DNA of 64,000 nt from Eledone cirrhosa. Its lineage: Eukaryota. Location: positions 155,496,001-155,560,000 of the forward strand of contig OZ024741.1 in the NCBI GenBank assembly GCA_964016885.1, written 5' to 3'. Position numbers and translations under genes: made by a program. The notes beneath the pieces were generated by a model. The model was given only the letters and a program-made list of their open reading frames with translations, was not told the DNA's origin and ran no database searches. Below, in pieces: positions 25,743 through 39,289 of this stretch (positions within the stretch are counted from its first letter, which is position 1; each line of letters starts with the position of its first letter).

Positions 25743-28700
25743 TTAGATGCAACAGTTTTTGAATGTTTTACATATTTTTACTGTTCCATTAATGGATTGT
25801 ACTTGTAATTTCCTAACTAGTTGTGTTCTTTCTGTTACCGTGAAGCCTAGCTTCTCAAGATTTGTATTGAGGCAGTTACTAACATACCCCAGTGCCCCAA
25901 TAATCACAGGCATAAGTCTGAAGGTGTAATCAAGGTGGAGTATCTGCAGATTTCTCATCAGTTCTGCATAAATATTCTCCTTTTTGCTAATCTTTGATAT
26001 TATATTGGCATCTGCTGGGCAGCTAATTTCCACTACTTTGCATACTTTCTTCTCCCTGTCCCATACCATAATATCTGGTCTGTTATGCTTGCATTTTATT
26101 GGGGTTTTTACTGGAACATTCCACCAGTACTCTTTCATATTATGTACATGGATGTCTTCCACATTGCCGTAGCTTTTAATGTGTTTACTATCGGGGCTAT
26201 CTTTTTTACGGATTGCATTGTACAGTGTTTTGGCCACTACATGATGCCTCATAGGTAGATAGTACCGCGATGACATCTTTGGACAGCTGCTGATGACATG
26301 GGTGACATTTTCGATGTTAGTTCTGTAGAGTCTGACTTCTTATCACATCTAGGTGTTTTGCCTACATCCCTATCTCTTTTATGAATCAGGTATTTCGTGT
26401 TAATTTCATGTTCTTGGATTGCAAAAGCGTATCCTTCAAAGTGGGAGCCAATATAGCGGTTGTTGGTACAGATAGACTACTTTCCTTATCTATATTAATC
26501 TCACTATGGAGCTTCCTGGCAACATAGCCATGCGTGATTTTTTGCTGATAAGCATGCAGTTTTTCATCCATGGATTCACTGCAATACTGTTGAGCGACTT
26601 CTCTGGGTGTGAGATTTTGATTATCATGCAGGGAATATCTCTCAAGGAGTTCCTTCCCAACTCTCATGATCTTATCTGTTTCATGCCGATAGACTTGCTC
26701 AAGAGAGGGGCTGCTACGCGTCGAGGTTCGTAGATGTTGTCGGAGGGATATGGTGCGAAATTCAAATGCTGTCTGAACTGATGTTAGGCCTCTGCCTCCC
26801 TGCTTACGTTTCAAGTAAAGGTGGTCTATGTCACTATTGATGTGGAAGTTTCCGGTGTTGTTTAGTATTTTTCGAGTTCCAACATCAACTGCTCGGATTT
26901 CGTCTATCGTCCAATTGAGTATTCCAAACGTTGGTGTTAGGACAGGCACAGCAAACACATTGTGAGCCACTGTTTTGTTTTGCGCTGAGAGTTCCGATGA
27001 CCAAATCTTTTTTAATCGAGTGTAGTACTCCCTGGTTACGCGTTCCTTATTACAGTTACCATTATAGAATATGTTCTCATCTATCCCCAATTATCTGTAG
27101 CAGTTCTCATCAGATATCGGTGAAACAGTTAAGCCATTGATTTCAATGTTGCTAGATTGGGTTGTTGCTTTTCCCCGCTTTACAGTCATGTATGAGCATT
27201 TATCTTGGCCAAACTCCATTCCTATATCCTTTGAGAACGTTGTAACCAGGTCAAGATTTTTCTTCATCCCATCTATGTTCTTGGCATAGAGTTTCAGATC
27301 ATCCACAAAGAAATTATGGGTTAGGTTCGTACTTCTGTCCTCCTGTGAGCCAATGATGTATGCTTCACATTTCTTGAGCAGAAAGGACAAGGGGTTTAAT
27401 GACAGGATGAATAATATCACAGAGAGACTGTCTCCCTGAAATATACCCCTGCGATATTTTATTTTATCAGTGAAAATAGAGTCCTCTCTCTCTGTCTTTA
27501 ACCTTAGGATAGTAGCCCAAGAAGAAGACAGCTTCTCTATGGCTCTGACAATAATGTCTGGGACTTTAGCAAGCTGGAGGGCCTCTATCATCCAAGAGTG
27601 GGGAACAAAATCGAGAACGCTCCTGTTGTCCAGCCAGACTGTAGCCATATTCCTCCTAAGTTGTCGCACCTCCGACATTACAGTTTTGTTGATTAGGAGT
27701 TGTTCAGCACATCCCCAAACCCCTTTCTTTCCAGCTGCTTGTTCATCTGTGATGATGTTATTATTTTCACAGTGATCTTGGAGGAATAGGTTCAGGCAGG
27801 CTGTATACATGTTAGTCATCAGGCTCTGGCATGCAATGGGTCGGTAGATTTTTGCCAAGTGGGTATCTTTGTTCTTGGGGACCAGTAATGTTTGTGCTAA
27901 TGTCAACCATTCTGGTATAAGTGTATCTCCATTAAGAACTTGTTGGTAGAGGTCAGTAAGATACCTCCGATAGAATATCAGTTTTTTTTTACCAGTAGCC
28001 GACAATCATGTCTCTTCCTGGTGTTTTCTCATCTTGGAGTTTTCCTATCGCAGTCTCAATGGTTCCCTCACTTATTTCGTATGATTTTGTTGTAGTGTAG
28101 GAGCAATAGTTCTTTCGGATTTCTTTTAGCCACACTGCATCTTGGTTGAAATTCTTCTTTTCACCCCATATTTTTCTCCAAAAGGAATCTATGTCTTTCT
28201 GGGATGGGGCCTCAGTGACACTTATTATTTTGTTCTTCATATATGTATAGACTGATGTTTGGTTTCGTCTGAATCTTTTATTAAGCACTTTTCTCTCATC
28301 TACCTTCTTCAGGTATCGGCGTTTTTCGCTAACAGTTCTCAATTCTTGTTTGAGGGTGATCAGCTTATATGGAAGAGTTCTGGTTCTACTGTTACCAAAC
28401 ATAGTCTCTATTTTATTTTTCACTCTTTGTTCGTGAGTAGTGAGGTATTTTTGTGTTTGTTTGCATGTAAAGAGCATTGTCACATATCCTATGGTTTTTC
28501 GTAGGTCAGCAATCTTTTTTTCTATTTTAGTTATATATGATGGTATTTTTGGTGGTGTTCTGTTCTTGTTAGTATCCCTGCTATCACCAAGATAATGCTT
28601 CACTGTCGTTGCTAAGGCATATGAACAGGCGTTGATTTGCCAAAATGTTGGGGTTTTAACCGTCGTAAATATTCATCCCCTATTTTCTCAATAACACGTA

Positions 28701-29290
28701 ATATTTCATTATTTGGTTTTTTATTAAACATTGTCGTTTTAACACGTTCAGCAAGAGAAATATTTATACATGAATTAATTTCTCCCTGGAAGATTTCGTT
28801 GAGGGAAATTTTCAACTGTTTATACTTTTGATTATTATCATTATCGATAGTATTTTCTACAACAGTCAAGGTAGACTCGGATGGTACACGTGGTCTCAAA
28901 TTTCTTCGATTATTATTATTATCGATAGTGTTTTCCCCAGCATTCGAGGTAGACTTAGATGGTACACGTGGTTTCAAGTTTCTTACAGGCATAGTTGTTT
29001 CAAGGCGCTGTTTGACCTGGCTGCTAGGAAGTCTAGTAGCATGGCGACCTGTAGCACGTGTTATTGATCCCATGTTTGTTGTGGGGGACTTACAATTAAT
29101 AATATTTATCTTATGTTTACGTTCAACCAACGTCGCTTGTTGGCGTAATTGTTTCGCTGTGAAATAATTTAATTCAGGGTGCATTTCATCCCAGTGTAGC
29201 TTCATTCTATTCCTATAGCCAACGGAGGGATTGTTTTTTGCCATTTTATAACAATTAAATAAATCATCATTAAGTTCGCAACTTCAAGAG
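25743..29290 (-). mobile_element. Near full-length degenerate R4/Dong-like non-LTR retrotransposon (RT + zinc knuckle + RLE)
   Basis: N-terminal GYRNRMKLHW; RT YRPIAC, RGIFQGDSLS, FFVDDLKLY; GGRGL; RHHVVAK...HNRPDI...VEISCP RLE. Confidence 0.9.
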
Positions 29291-29616
29291 AAATGCGATT
29301 TATAATTTCGGTTTCTTCTGTAGATACAACTGAATACAGTTTGTTTACCTTTCTCGTTGTTTGTCTTCTACTTCCTTAATTTTGTTGTTGATGTTGTGTT
29401 CAGTCAAGCTGTTTGTAGCAAAGCCTTGTAAAATGGATTCTGTATTTAGTCGGATATCTCTACGAATTGGAATAAAATGTGTCTTCAGAAGAGATAGTGA
29501 GAAGAATAACCAGTTATTCAACATGACTGTAGTTGTGGCATTACTGTCGGAGATAGTATTCATCTTAAATTTAATAAATAGTCTCCCACGCCAAAATATG
29601 CGACTGATCGCGTTGA

Positions 29617-29805
<189 letters not shown>

Positions 29806-29849
29806 TGAAGATATATATATAGTCTACCCCTTGATGTAGTAGGAAGGGA

Positions 29850-29884
29850 CTTAACGTTTCGGACGTTAATCCTTCATCAGAATA
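29850..29884 (-). ncRNA. Minimal hammerhead (family H6)
   Basis: Minus strand: TT CTGATGA A GGA ttaacg TCC GAAA CGTT AA. Palindromic stem III; stem I is weak. Confidence 0.65.
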
Positions 29885-29928
29885 TAGAATGAGAAATACA
29901 AAAAAAGAAATAGAAAGATAGAGGAGAC

Positions 29929-29961
<33 letters not shown>

Positions 29962-29971
29962 AACGAGTAGG

Positions 29972-30067
29972 ACCCCGACGGCTGAGCTCAAGCCGTTTCG
30001 ACGGCTAATTCTGGACTAAATGAAAATGTTTATCCTGGTATTAGAATAGCCGAGCTTCACAGGGGGT
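29972..30067 (-). ncRNA. Type I hammerhead with long stem II and a 1-nt core deletion (family H5)
   Basis: Minus strand: ACCCC CTG-TGA ag ct CGGCTA TTCT...AGAA t TAGCCG tc GAAA CGGCT tgagctc AGCCG TC GGGGT; GUC triplet. Confidence 0.72.
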
Positions 30068-30896
30068 AATTCCATATATGGTAAAAGTGATTGTCACAAG
30101 GATTGGTCAAAAGTTTGTTGTTGAGACATAATAATTCTATCATGCCAATTTGTGGAGGGAAGGGGTAGCTGAACCTGCCAGTAGAAGAAAGAGGGAGAGG
30201 GGGTGGAGGAAACCCAGTCGTGCGTTGATAGTGCCATCTACAGCTGGGCAGGAGGTCAAAGAAGTTACTAGGGAGGGCGAGTGGGGGGAAGTCGAAACAA
30301 TAAGTGAAACAATATGGGGTAAATATATAGAAAAATACCGAGAGTGTTAAAAAACAATTAAATGTAAAAAAAAAAAAAACAATTTCTGGTTACTATAACC
30401 TAAGGACAGCTATCAAGTCTCTCGCTGGTACTGCTAGACTAAAGAAAGGTTTACTAGGGGGGACGGAATTATAATGAAACCCTTTTAAGAGGTATAAGTA
30501 AACAACCAAATATATCTTACGGTGACGGGTCAACAAGTGGGGGACCAAAATACTAAAGAAACTACTACTAAATAATAATTCAGAGTCCCGAGACCAGTAC
30601 GAAATAAAGGTTTCTACCCCAGGCACAAGGCCAGCAACCACCCAGTGCAAAAAAAAAAAAAACTAATACGAAATAATAATTCAGAATCCCGAAAAGTAAT
30701 ACTAATACTATCTCTAAGGGTGCCGCCACGATACAAAAATTCTAGTGCAAACTACATAAATGCTCGTACGAAGTATATGTAAAATTTGATACGGAAAATT
30801 AATTCAGAATCCCCCCCCCCCCCCACCTAAAAAAAAAAAAAATAAATAAATAAAATAAATACGAGAAATTAAAGCAAAGATACCACTGACAAAGGA

Positions 30897-30939
30897 ACGC
30901 TGTACTAGTTTCAAGCTTATTAGCTATCGTCAGCAACGT
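30897..30939 (-). ncRNA. Minimal type I hammerhead (family H3)
   Basis: Minus strand: ACGTTG CTGACGA T AGCT aata AGCT T GAAA CTAG TA CAGCGT. Confidence 0.85.
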
Positions 30940-31166
30940 ATACCTTCCTGCCAGATTGTTGAACGTATATACTTACCTTATGCATATTAACGGCTGAGTA
31001 GCCCAATTTACATATCGAGTGGGTTAATCGGCCGGGTGCACCGAAAACGATAAACGGAAAAAATGCACCCGGCTGATTAACCCACTCGATATGCAAATTG
31101 GGCTACTCAGCCGTTAATATGCATAAGGTAAGTGTATATACGTTCAACAATCTGGCAGGAAGGTAT

Positions 31167-31209
31167 ACGTTGCTGACGATAGCTAATAAGCTTGAAACTA
31201 GTACAGTGT
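31167..31209 (+). ncRNA. Minimal type I hammerhead (family H3)
   Basis: ACGTTG CTGACGA T AGCT aata AGCT T GAAA CTAG TA CAGTGT. Confidence 0.83.
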
Positions 31210-31404
31210 TCCTTTGTCAGTGTTGAACAAACGAGCAACGATGGTTGCTGGACACTACGGCTTAATACGGGATGTTTTACAAACACACCGAGCATTATAA
31301 TAAATGTTCGGTGAATCCTACGTACATATATGTATGTGTGCATGTATGTATATATATACATGCTACTGTACGTCTGGATACATATATGTATGTACGTGTA
31401 CATA

Positions 31405-31473
<69 letters not shown>

Positions 31474-31655
31474 GTGTGTGTGTATGTGTAAATACTCAAA
31501 TCCATACGCAAATGAACATGTAATCTTTATATAAATATATATAATATTATCTGTGACGCACACAGCCCCTTCTCCTCTCCTTTGATTGTGTTGGTCTCCC
31601 TCTCTCTCTCTCTCTCTCTCTCACACTCTCTCTTTATCAATCTCTCCTTCTCTCC

Positions 31656-31735
<80 letters not shown>

Positions 31736-31737
<2 letters not shown>

Positions 31738-32960
31738 ATAATAATAAATTTGAAGACTAAAATCCAAAGAGGGCTCGATAAGAATAAAAATATATCAAAT
31801 ATATAAGAACCGTAGAACAAATATTTATTAAAATACCAGATTAAAGTTTAAGCAAAGAATCGCTGCTTTCACCCTTAACGGGATCTTCTGAAACTAACAA
31901 AGTCAATCCGTAAACGCAGAAGTGAATATTTCAAAAAACGTTGCAACCGGAGGAAGACAGGAAGACGATACTTTGGTTCGTGGAAACGTTCCCTGGCAAA
32001 GAACGGGAAAAAACGAATATAATATGTCATTATTTGGAGCGGTGAAAACAATTACACGCAAAGACAGAACCACGTTTATGGTATAAAAGAAGTCGTAGAC
32101 TAATATTCTCTTAGGTGGTTCATAGAGACGTTCTCTGGCAATGAACGGAAAAAACGAAGATAATACGTCATATGTGGAGCGTGGAGAACAATTGCACGCA
32201 AAGACAAAACCACGTAAATGGTATTACTGAAGTCGTAGACTAAAATTCTAACTAGGAAACCGAATGATTCTTGGCTTGAGAGTTAAGAATAAAGTAAATA
32301 AAATACAGAGGTAATTGAAATAAAATAAAATAAATACATACACGCATCCAAATACGTACATACACAAGCATACGCGAAAACACTCACCATAGGTATACAA
32401 AAACACGCACATATAAATATGTGTGTGTGGCTGTGTGCGTGTATACAAATAATTAAATAAACGTATATAAATAAATAAATACGTATATAACAAGCGCACA
32501 CACATACCTACATGTAAATACACAAATGTTCGGAAACCCACGTCAACCAAAACATGAAGTACACATATACACACACCCTACATACGTACGAACCCGTATA
32601 CTCACACAGAGGCAAAACTCACGTATACACATAACCAAAAGCATATGTACCAGAATATATAAAATATACGCCATAACATATACAATTAAATATACGTACG
32701 AGAAAGAATATGTACCTTCTCAAAACATACAGGTAATATATACTTACCTATGCAAATAAGTAATGGTATCAACGTAACATATACTTAGCTACCACATCAA
32801 GATGTAAAATATCCGCGTAAAGACCGTACTATCCGTTAGGGCTGTAATACAGGAAAGTTTTGTGCAATTTATGTTTACAAGCCGAAATTGCCTCAGATTT
32901 TTTGTTTAAGATGTGGTCTGAGGCGTAGAGTATTTCCAGGGCCTCAGCGGCGCAGAGGTA
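31736..32960 (-). mobile_element. 3' fragment/pLTR of the same Penelope-like family as 6580-10110
   Basis: Reverse complement of ~8880-10110. Confidence 0.9.
31845..31895 (-). ncRNA. Hammerhead-like motif with U4A core (family H4, best-paired copy)
   Basis: Minus strand: AGTTT CAGAAGA T CCC gttaa GGG T GAAA GCAG cgattct TTGC TT AAACT. Confidence 0.65.
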
Positions 32961-33100
32961 GATATATATATAATGTAGAAGGTGAATAATATTGTAGAAC
33001 AATAAAACTATGTATATATCAGATAAGTAGCACTCGACAGTTGGTAGAACTGGAGTATATATAAAGAAGAAATTAAAAGATGGTTAAAAAAGTTCCATAT

Positions 33101-33168
33101 ATTTTATTATGCGCATTTCGAGAACAACATCATCCCGGGAGAAAAATTGTGTTATCATCAGATAAAAT
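33101..33168 (-). ncRNA. Type I hammerhead (family H7)
   Basis: Minus strand: ATTTTAT CTGATGA taaca...tgttctc GAAA TGCGCA TA ATAAAAT. 7-bp stem I, palindromic stem III; partial inverted copy at 33604-33640. Confidence 0.78.
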
Positions 33169-33642
33169 AAGGTAACATGATATAAGGCCTAAAAATACTT
33201 GTTAGCAAGAAAGTGTACAGTCAACATATGACAAAAATATAAGAGAAGAGAAAAAATAGGAAAAATGAAGAAAAGAAAGCCATCTAATATTTGTAAAATT
33301 AGCACATTCACCTCCCCAATTTATTTATTTATTTATTTATTTTCATTATTTTTTCAGCCGTTATTCACAGCTGTCTTTTCATTTTTGACAGCGTTCCCGA
33401 TCAAAAGTATCTCTCTCTCTCTCTTTCTCTTTCTCTCTCCTCCTTCTTTCTTTCTTTTTCCCTCTCTTCTATTTCTCTTTCCTTTTTCCTTCTTTCTTTT
33501 TTTTCATTTTTCCTATTTTTTATCTTCTCTTATATTTTTGTCATATGTTGAATGGACACTTTCTTGCTCACAAGTGATTTTAGGCCTCATATCATGTTAC
33601 CTTATTTTATCTGATGAGAACACAATTTTTGTCCCAGGAGTG
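33130..33642. repeat. Inverted repeat arms around a pyrimidine-rich spacer
   Basis: 33133-33275 is inverted at ~33495-33640. Confidence 0.75.
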
Positions 33643-33699
33643 CCACGGAACACCCGCCCATCGCCTTACGGTCGAACAACGAACTATCTTCATCTTACA

Positions 33700-34769
33700 G
33701 ACCCACACACCCCCGGCCTGAACTCCCCACCCTTATTCCTTTAGCGTTCGATCGCCCCCCTTCCCCCACACTTATCCCCCACTAACACCACTAACACACC
33801 CCTCCTTTTCACCGCCCACCCCACACTAACAATACTAACACCTCCACTCCACCCCTCATCTGACCACCCTTCCCCAACTAACATACTAACATCCCTTACC
33901 TCCCCTCTTCTCCTCCCCCCTCCTTATCACACGCACACACGCACCCACTTACACCACCCACCCCACACGCAACTAACATCACTAACACCCCCCCAACCCC
34001 ACGCACACGTACCCACACACCCTCGTACACCACCAACTCTACACACCCTACCACCACTAACCCCCACTCACACCTGCATTTAACCCCTCCCCACCTCCCG
34101 TATACTAACACCCACTAACACCTCTTCACCAAACTACACACATACCAGTACACCACACTCCCTCCATAGAACCACACACACCCTTCTCTCCCCGCTCCAC
34201 CCACACCTCCGCTCCACACTCACTCATCCCACTAACACCCCTACTAATACACACACACACACACACACACCCTCCTCACTCCAACTTTCACACCTACCCA
34301 TCCTCGCCCCCTTACCATTCCACCGACTGCTGCTATGCCCTTCTGACCACCTCCCAGCACCAACAGACCACAGCACTCCCACTGCTGACCACTTCCTGTT
34401 GCGCGCGCACCCCACATCTCTCCTCTTCCGACCACCGCTTCATGGATTACCCACACGCAGAAATTGACTTATAACCAATCCTCCAAACATCCTTGGAACT
34501 TACCAACTTTTCAACCATCCTCTTACGTCATCACCTATATAACTCCCCCCCCCAAAAAAAAATTTGTTCTCCACACGCCACCCACACCCACAACACGCTT
34601 AAACCCCACACACACGTGCTTCCCACCACATATTTACACCCTCAGCCTCCTGATTCCTCTCCCCCACCCCCCTATCCACACACGCACAGACACTCCGACC
34701 CACAAAAACACCCCCCACACACACCTCTTCCTGAACATGCAACCCCGTTCTTTCCCCAACCCTTACTTT

Positions 34770-34824
<55 letters not shown>

Positions 34825-34950
34825 CTACACACACACACCACCTTCAGCCCTCCCCGCTCGGAGACCCCGTCTCCCTCTCCCCACTCCACCCGCCACCACC
34901 CCTACTCACCCCACACCCTTTCACCACCTGTTTACCCCCCTTTTAATTTC
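33700..34950. repeat. C/A-rich low-complexity tract
   Basis: Strongly strand-biased CCA/CAC/ACTAAC repeats. Confidence 0.8.
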
Positions 34951-35125
34951 AGTTTATTTTGATCATGCCTTTATTTTTAAATTTTCTCATTCCTTGTATT
35001 TTGATCATGCTTTATTTTTATTTTTTATCTTTATTTGTTAATTTTTCATTCGCACCGTTTCCTTACGCTATATGTCTCTCCACCACTCCCCTACACACCT
35101 TTTGATATCTGTTCCCACACACTTC

Positions 35126-35160
35126 TCACCTGAGGAAGGGCTTATGCCCGAAACGTCGTC
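35126..35160 (+). ncRNA. Minimal hammerhead (family H8)
   Basis: AC CTGAGGA A GGGC ttat GCCC GAAA CGTC GT. Stem I is only ~2 bp; followed by AATAAA and (TA)n, like a pLTR end. Confidence 0.68.
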
Positions 35161-35399
35161 CCCCACCTACCCCCCACTCTCCTGAGCGTGAAATTAATAA
35201 ACATTTATTGTACTGCCTCTCTGTTTTGTCCCTGTTCAAATTTTTCCATTATATATATATATATATATATATATAACAAAGAAATTGTGGTAAGGAACCA
35301 GATGGACCATAACGCACCAGAGTACTCAATACTTAGGGTAGTAGAGTGGGAAATAGGAAAAAGTATGACCCCGACGGCAGGATAGATATAATTAATAAT

Positions 35400-35590
35400 A
35401 ATTGTTTCTAGTTTTGGCACAAGGCCAGCAATTACCCAGTGTATTACTGGTACTTTATTTTATCAACCCCATAAGGATGAAAGGCAAAGTTAACCTCGGC
35501 GGGATTTGAACTCAGAATGGCAAGGGCCGTAACTCTATACGTCAAAGCATGGCGTCCGACCCTCTACCGTTACTGCCAATCCACCGCCCT
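35400..35590 (-). mobile_element. Meta-type SINE
   Basis: Reverse complement of 13084-13275. Confidence 0.87.
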
Positions 35591-36440
35591 GTTAATAATA
35601 ATGATATATAATCTTTGAATCTTCTTTACACAAATTCTTGCATCATTTATCATAATAATGATTCTTACCATTTTGTTTGTGCACGTGTGTATATCAATAT
35701 TTGGAGCCCCCCTGCTGAGAGGGGTGAATGGTGAAGTCAACATTATATCCCTCAAAATATCACGCATCATTTTTTGTTTGTCAACATATGTACATGTATA
35801 CATATGTATGTGTACATGAATGTGTACACGTGTATGTGCATACATAGGCATGTATACATACACATATACTCATATACATATACATAGGTACATACACACA
35901 GGTACATATACATACATATATACTCATATACATATACATAGGTACATACACACAGGTACATATACACATGTACGCAAACACGCATACACAGGCACATATA
36001 AATATACACATAAACACATACACATGCACTCATACACATATACACATATACACATGTACAGATATGCACACATATACATGCACGCACATACATACATACG
36101 CATTTACACATGTATACATACATATCTACACATATACACATACTCATGTACACATAAATATATACTCATACATACGTACACATGTACACATACACAGATA
36201 CAGACACACAGGTTGACATACACGTACACATATATTTGCACACAGACATACACAGATATACACACACGTACACTTACACTTAATATATTTTAACTATCTG
36301 GCCTTGGACAGTTGTTGAAACAGCTGAAAATATTGCTTTATTTCTCAAATATGCATGCATGTATGTATGAATGTATGTATGTATGTACAAAGAAACACAC
36401 ACACACCACTCACTTACACACACACACACACACACATATA

Positions 36441-37049
36441 TCTGTAATATTAAAAAGCTGAGTGTCGTGTGTATGTATTATGTATGTATGTATCCTACAC
36501 ACCTCCTTATAGTTTTTTAGTTTTACTTTCTCCGTCGCTCTTCCCTCTCTCTATAATAGATCATTTTCCCTCTCTATAATTTAACTGCTTTACTCTCTCT
36601 GTCGCTCTTCACTCTCAAATATAATAAAGCTGAGCGTTGTCTATCTCTCTCTCTCTCTCTCTCTCTCCCTCTTTCACCCTCTCTATAATTTAACTGCTTT
36701 ACTCTCTGTCTCTCTTCACTCTCTATATGACAACACTCTTTTGCTTTGCGTAGAGATGAGCGTCGTATGTAAATTCGGTCAACACGTATGTATCTACACA
36801 CCTCCCTATAGTTTCTAAGCTTCACTCTCTCCGTCGCTCTTTCCTCTCTCTATAATAGATCATTCCCCCTCTCTATAATTTAATTGCTTTACTCTCTCTG
36901 TCTCTCTTCACTCTCTATATGACAACACTCATTTACTTTCCGTTTCAAGCAGGTAATACATACATCAAAAGGCAACCCTCTTAGAGAGACAGAGAGTGAA
37001 AGAGACAGATTAGGAAAACTACACACATACACACATCTAAAGAAAGAGA

Positions 37050-37080
<31 letters not shown>

Positions 37081-37430
37081 TGAGAGAGAGAGAGAGAGAG
37101 AGAGTGAGAGAGAGAGAGAGGAGAGAGGAGAGAGGAGAGAGAGAGACATGGAAAGAGAAACAGAGGGACGGGCAAGCAGGTATTACATACATCTAAAATC
37201 ATTTGGATACAAATATAATATAATGGTTGCAGAACGAAAATACAGACAAATATAATAATTGTTTCTACTTTAGGCACAAGGCCAGCAATTACCCAGTACA
37301 TTACTGGTACTTTATTTTATCGACCCCGTAGGGATGAAAGGCAAAGTTAACCTCGTGTTAACAGACAAATATAATAATGTTTGTATCCCACACACTTTTT
37401 CTGTCGTCGCTCGCATAAATAACACACACA

Positions 37431-37514
<84 letters not shown>

Positions 37515-37777
37515 TACACATACTTTCACACCTGATTTCGCCAATTGCTGGATAACATCAAAACAAAACACACAGACACACACATGCACATACACACATA
37601 CACAAACACACATACACATACATAAACACACACACACATATATCTATACTTTATATGTATGTATGTATGATCATTCCCCCTCTCTATAATTTAACTGATT
37701 TACTCTCTCTGTCGCTCTTCACTCTCTATATGACAACACTATTTTAGTTTCCGTATCTCTCTTCAATATATACAGAG

Positions 37778-37822
<45 letters not shown>

Positions 37823-37842
37823 TATATATATATAGAGAGAGC

Positions 37843-37899
<57 letters not shown>

Positions 37900-37965
37900 G
37901 AAGACAATGTGACACGGGAGGGTATACCTATACCTAGCCAGGCGCCAGCCGGACGGGCCAGCTAG
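36441..37965 (+). mobile_element. Probable non-autonomous Helitron with internal tandem duplications and a nested SINE fragment (37257-37355)
   Basis: Starts A|TCTGTAATATTAAAAAG and ends with a GC-rich imperfect hairpin and CTAG|T. Internal repeats at 36480-36620, 36780-36940 and 37665-37750. Confidence 0.55.
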
Positions 37966-37979
37966 TATATATATATATA

Positions 37980-38869
37980 CGAGGTGTGTCAGAAAAGTTC
38001 CAGGACTGATGTCACAAAAGATTTATTTCAAACCCAAACTTCACACTAAGAGTTTTCTCCTTCAAAGTGATCCCCCTGGAGTATGTAACTGTAATCTTAG
38101 CTTTCTGCAGCGATCAAACTTTTTTCTTCATAATTTTATATACATGTCCTCTGATTCAGGTCGTCAAGCAATGAGCACAGAGCAACGAACAAACTTGAAA
38201 ACTCCGTCAGAAGCACTGGGATTGCTGCAGCAAGTGTATGAACATGAGACGATGTCACGCTCACGTGTTTTTGAATGGTGTAAGAGGTTTAAAGAAGGAC
38301 GCGAGGACGTGGAAGATGACCCCAGGAGCGGAAGGCCCTCAACAACCAGGACTGAGGTCAACGTTGGGCGCGTCAGGCAGATGGTGCGTAGTGATCGTCG
38401 GCTGGATGATCGACTGATGGCAAATGAGCTGGGCATGAATCGGGACAGCGTCTGGAAGATTCTCACTGAAGGTTTGGACATGCGGAAAGTCTGCGCGAAG
38501 ATGGTGCTAAAACTGCTAAACGATGACCAGAAGGGTCGACGCATGCAAGTGTGCCAGGACATCCTCGAGCGTCTTGAAACCGAACCAGACTTGCTAGGTG
38601 CAGTCATCACCGGTGATGAATCATTGATCTTCGAGTACGATCCGGAGGGGTCCGTTTTGAAGACGTGGACGACATCATAAAGGCCACGACGACGGAACTG
38701 CGGAGGATCCCGGAAGAATCCTTCCAGGAATGCAGCGTGGCAGAGAAGGATGGAAAAGTGCATTAGACTCCAGGGGGATTACTTTGAAGGAGAAAACTGT
38801 TAGTGTGAAGTTTGGGTTTGAAATAAATCTTTTGTGACATCAGTTCTGGAACGTTTCTGACACACCTCG
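37980..38869 (+). mobile_element. Internally deleted Tc1/mariner (mariner) DNA transposon
   Basis: ~70-bp TIRs (CGAGGTGTGTCAGAAA...CACACTAA) with TA flanks. Transposase remnant W.KRFKEGREDVEDDPRSGRP, MRKVCAKMV.K, ITGDES; the rest of the catalytic domain is lost. Confidence 0.95.
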
Positions 38870-39004
38870 TATATATATATATTACCGTCATTACTGATAC
38901 AAGATTATGTCAACTGTTGACTTTCGAAAGAGTTCGTATAATTGAAGCCGTTCGTGTTACTGTTCAGTATTATTATAATTTCTTTACAGCATAGAGCTAT
39001 GGCC

Positions 39005-39120
39005 CTCTATGTTCCGAGCTCAAATCCCGCCGAGATCAACCTTGCCCACGGAGTCGATAAAACAGAACACCAGTAATGCGCTGGGACAATCTCTGGACCC
39101 GTGCCAAAAGCAGAAAAATT
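39005..39120 (+). mobile_element. Degenerate Meta-type SINE fragment
   Basis: CAAATCCCGCCGAG...GTCGATAAAA...ACCAGTAATGCGCTGGG. Confidence 0.7.
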
Positions 39121-39289
39121 ATTATTATTATAGTTGTTGTTTTCTTAAGGCCCGATCGCTGGTGATGGTGATGGTCATAGTGATGGTGGTGGCAGATTGT
39201 GATGGTGATGGTGATGGTGGTGGCGATGGTGGTGGTGATGGTGGTGTTGATGGTGGTGGTGATGATGGTGGTGATGGTGGTGATGGTGG

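Larger units (their letters stand above)
30885..31410. mobile_element. H3 repeat family copy 3, head-to-head inverted duplication
   Basis: 30885-31040 is the reverse complement of 31063-31222. Confidence 0.8.
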
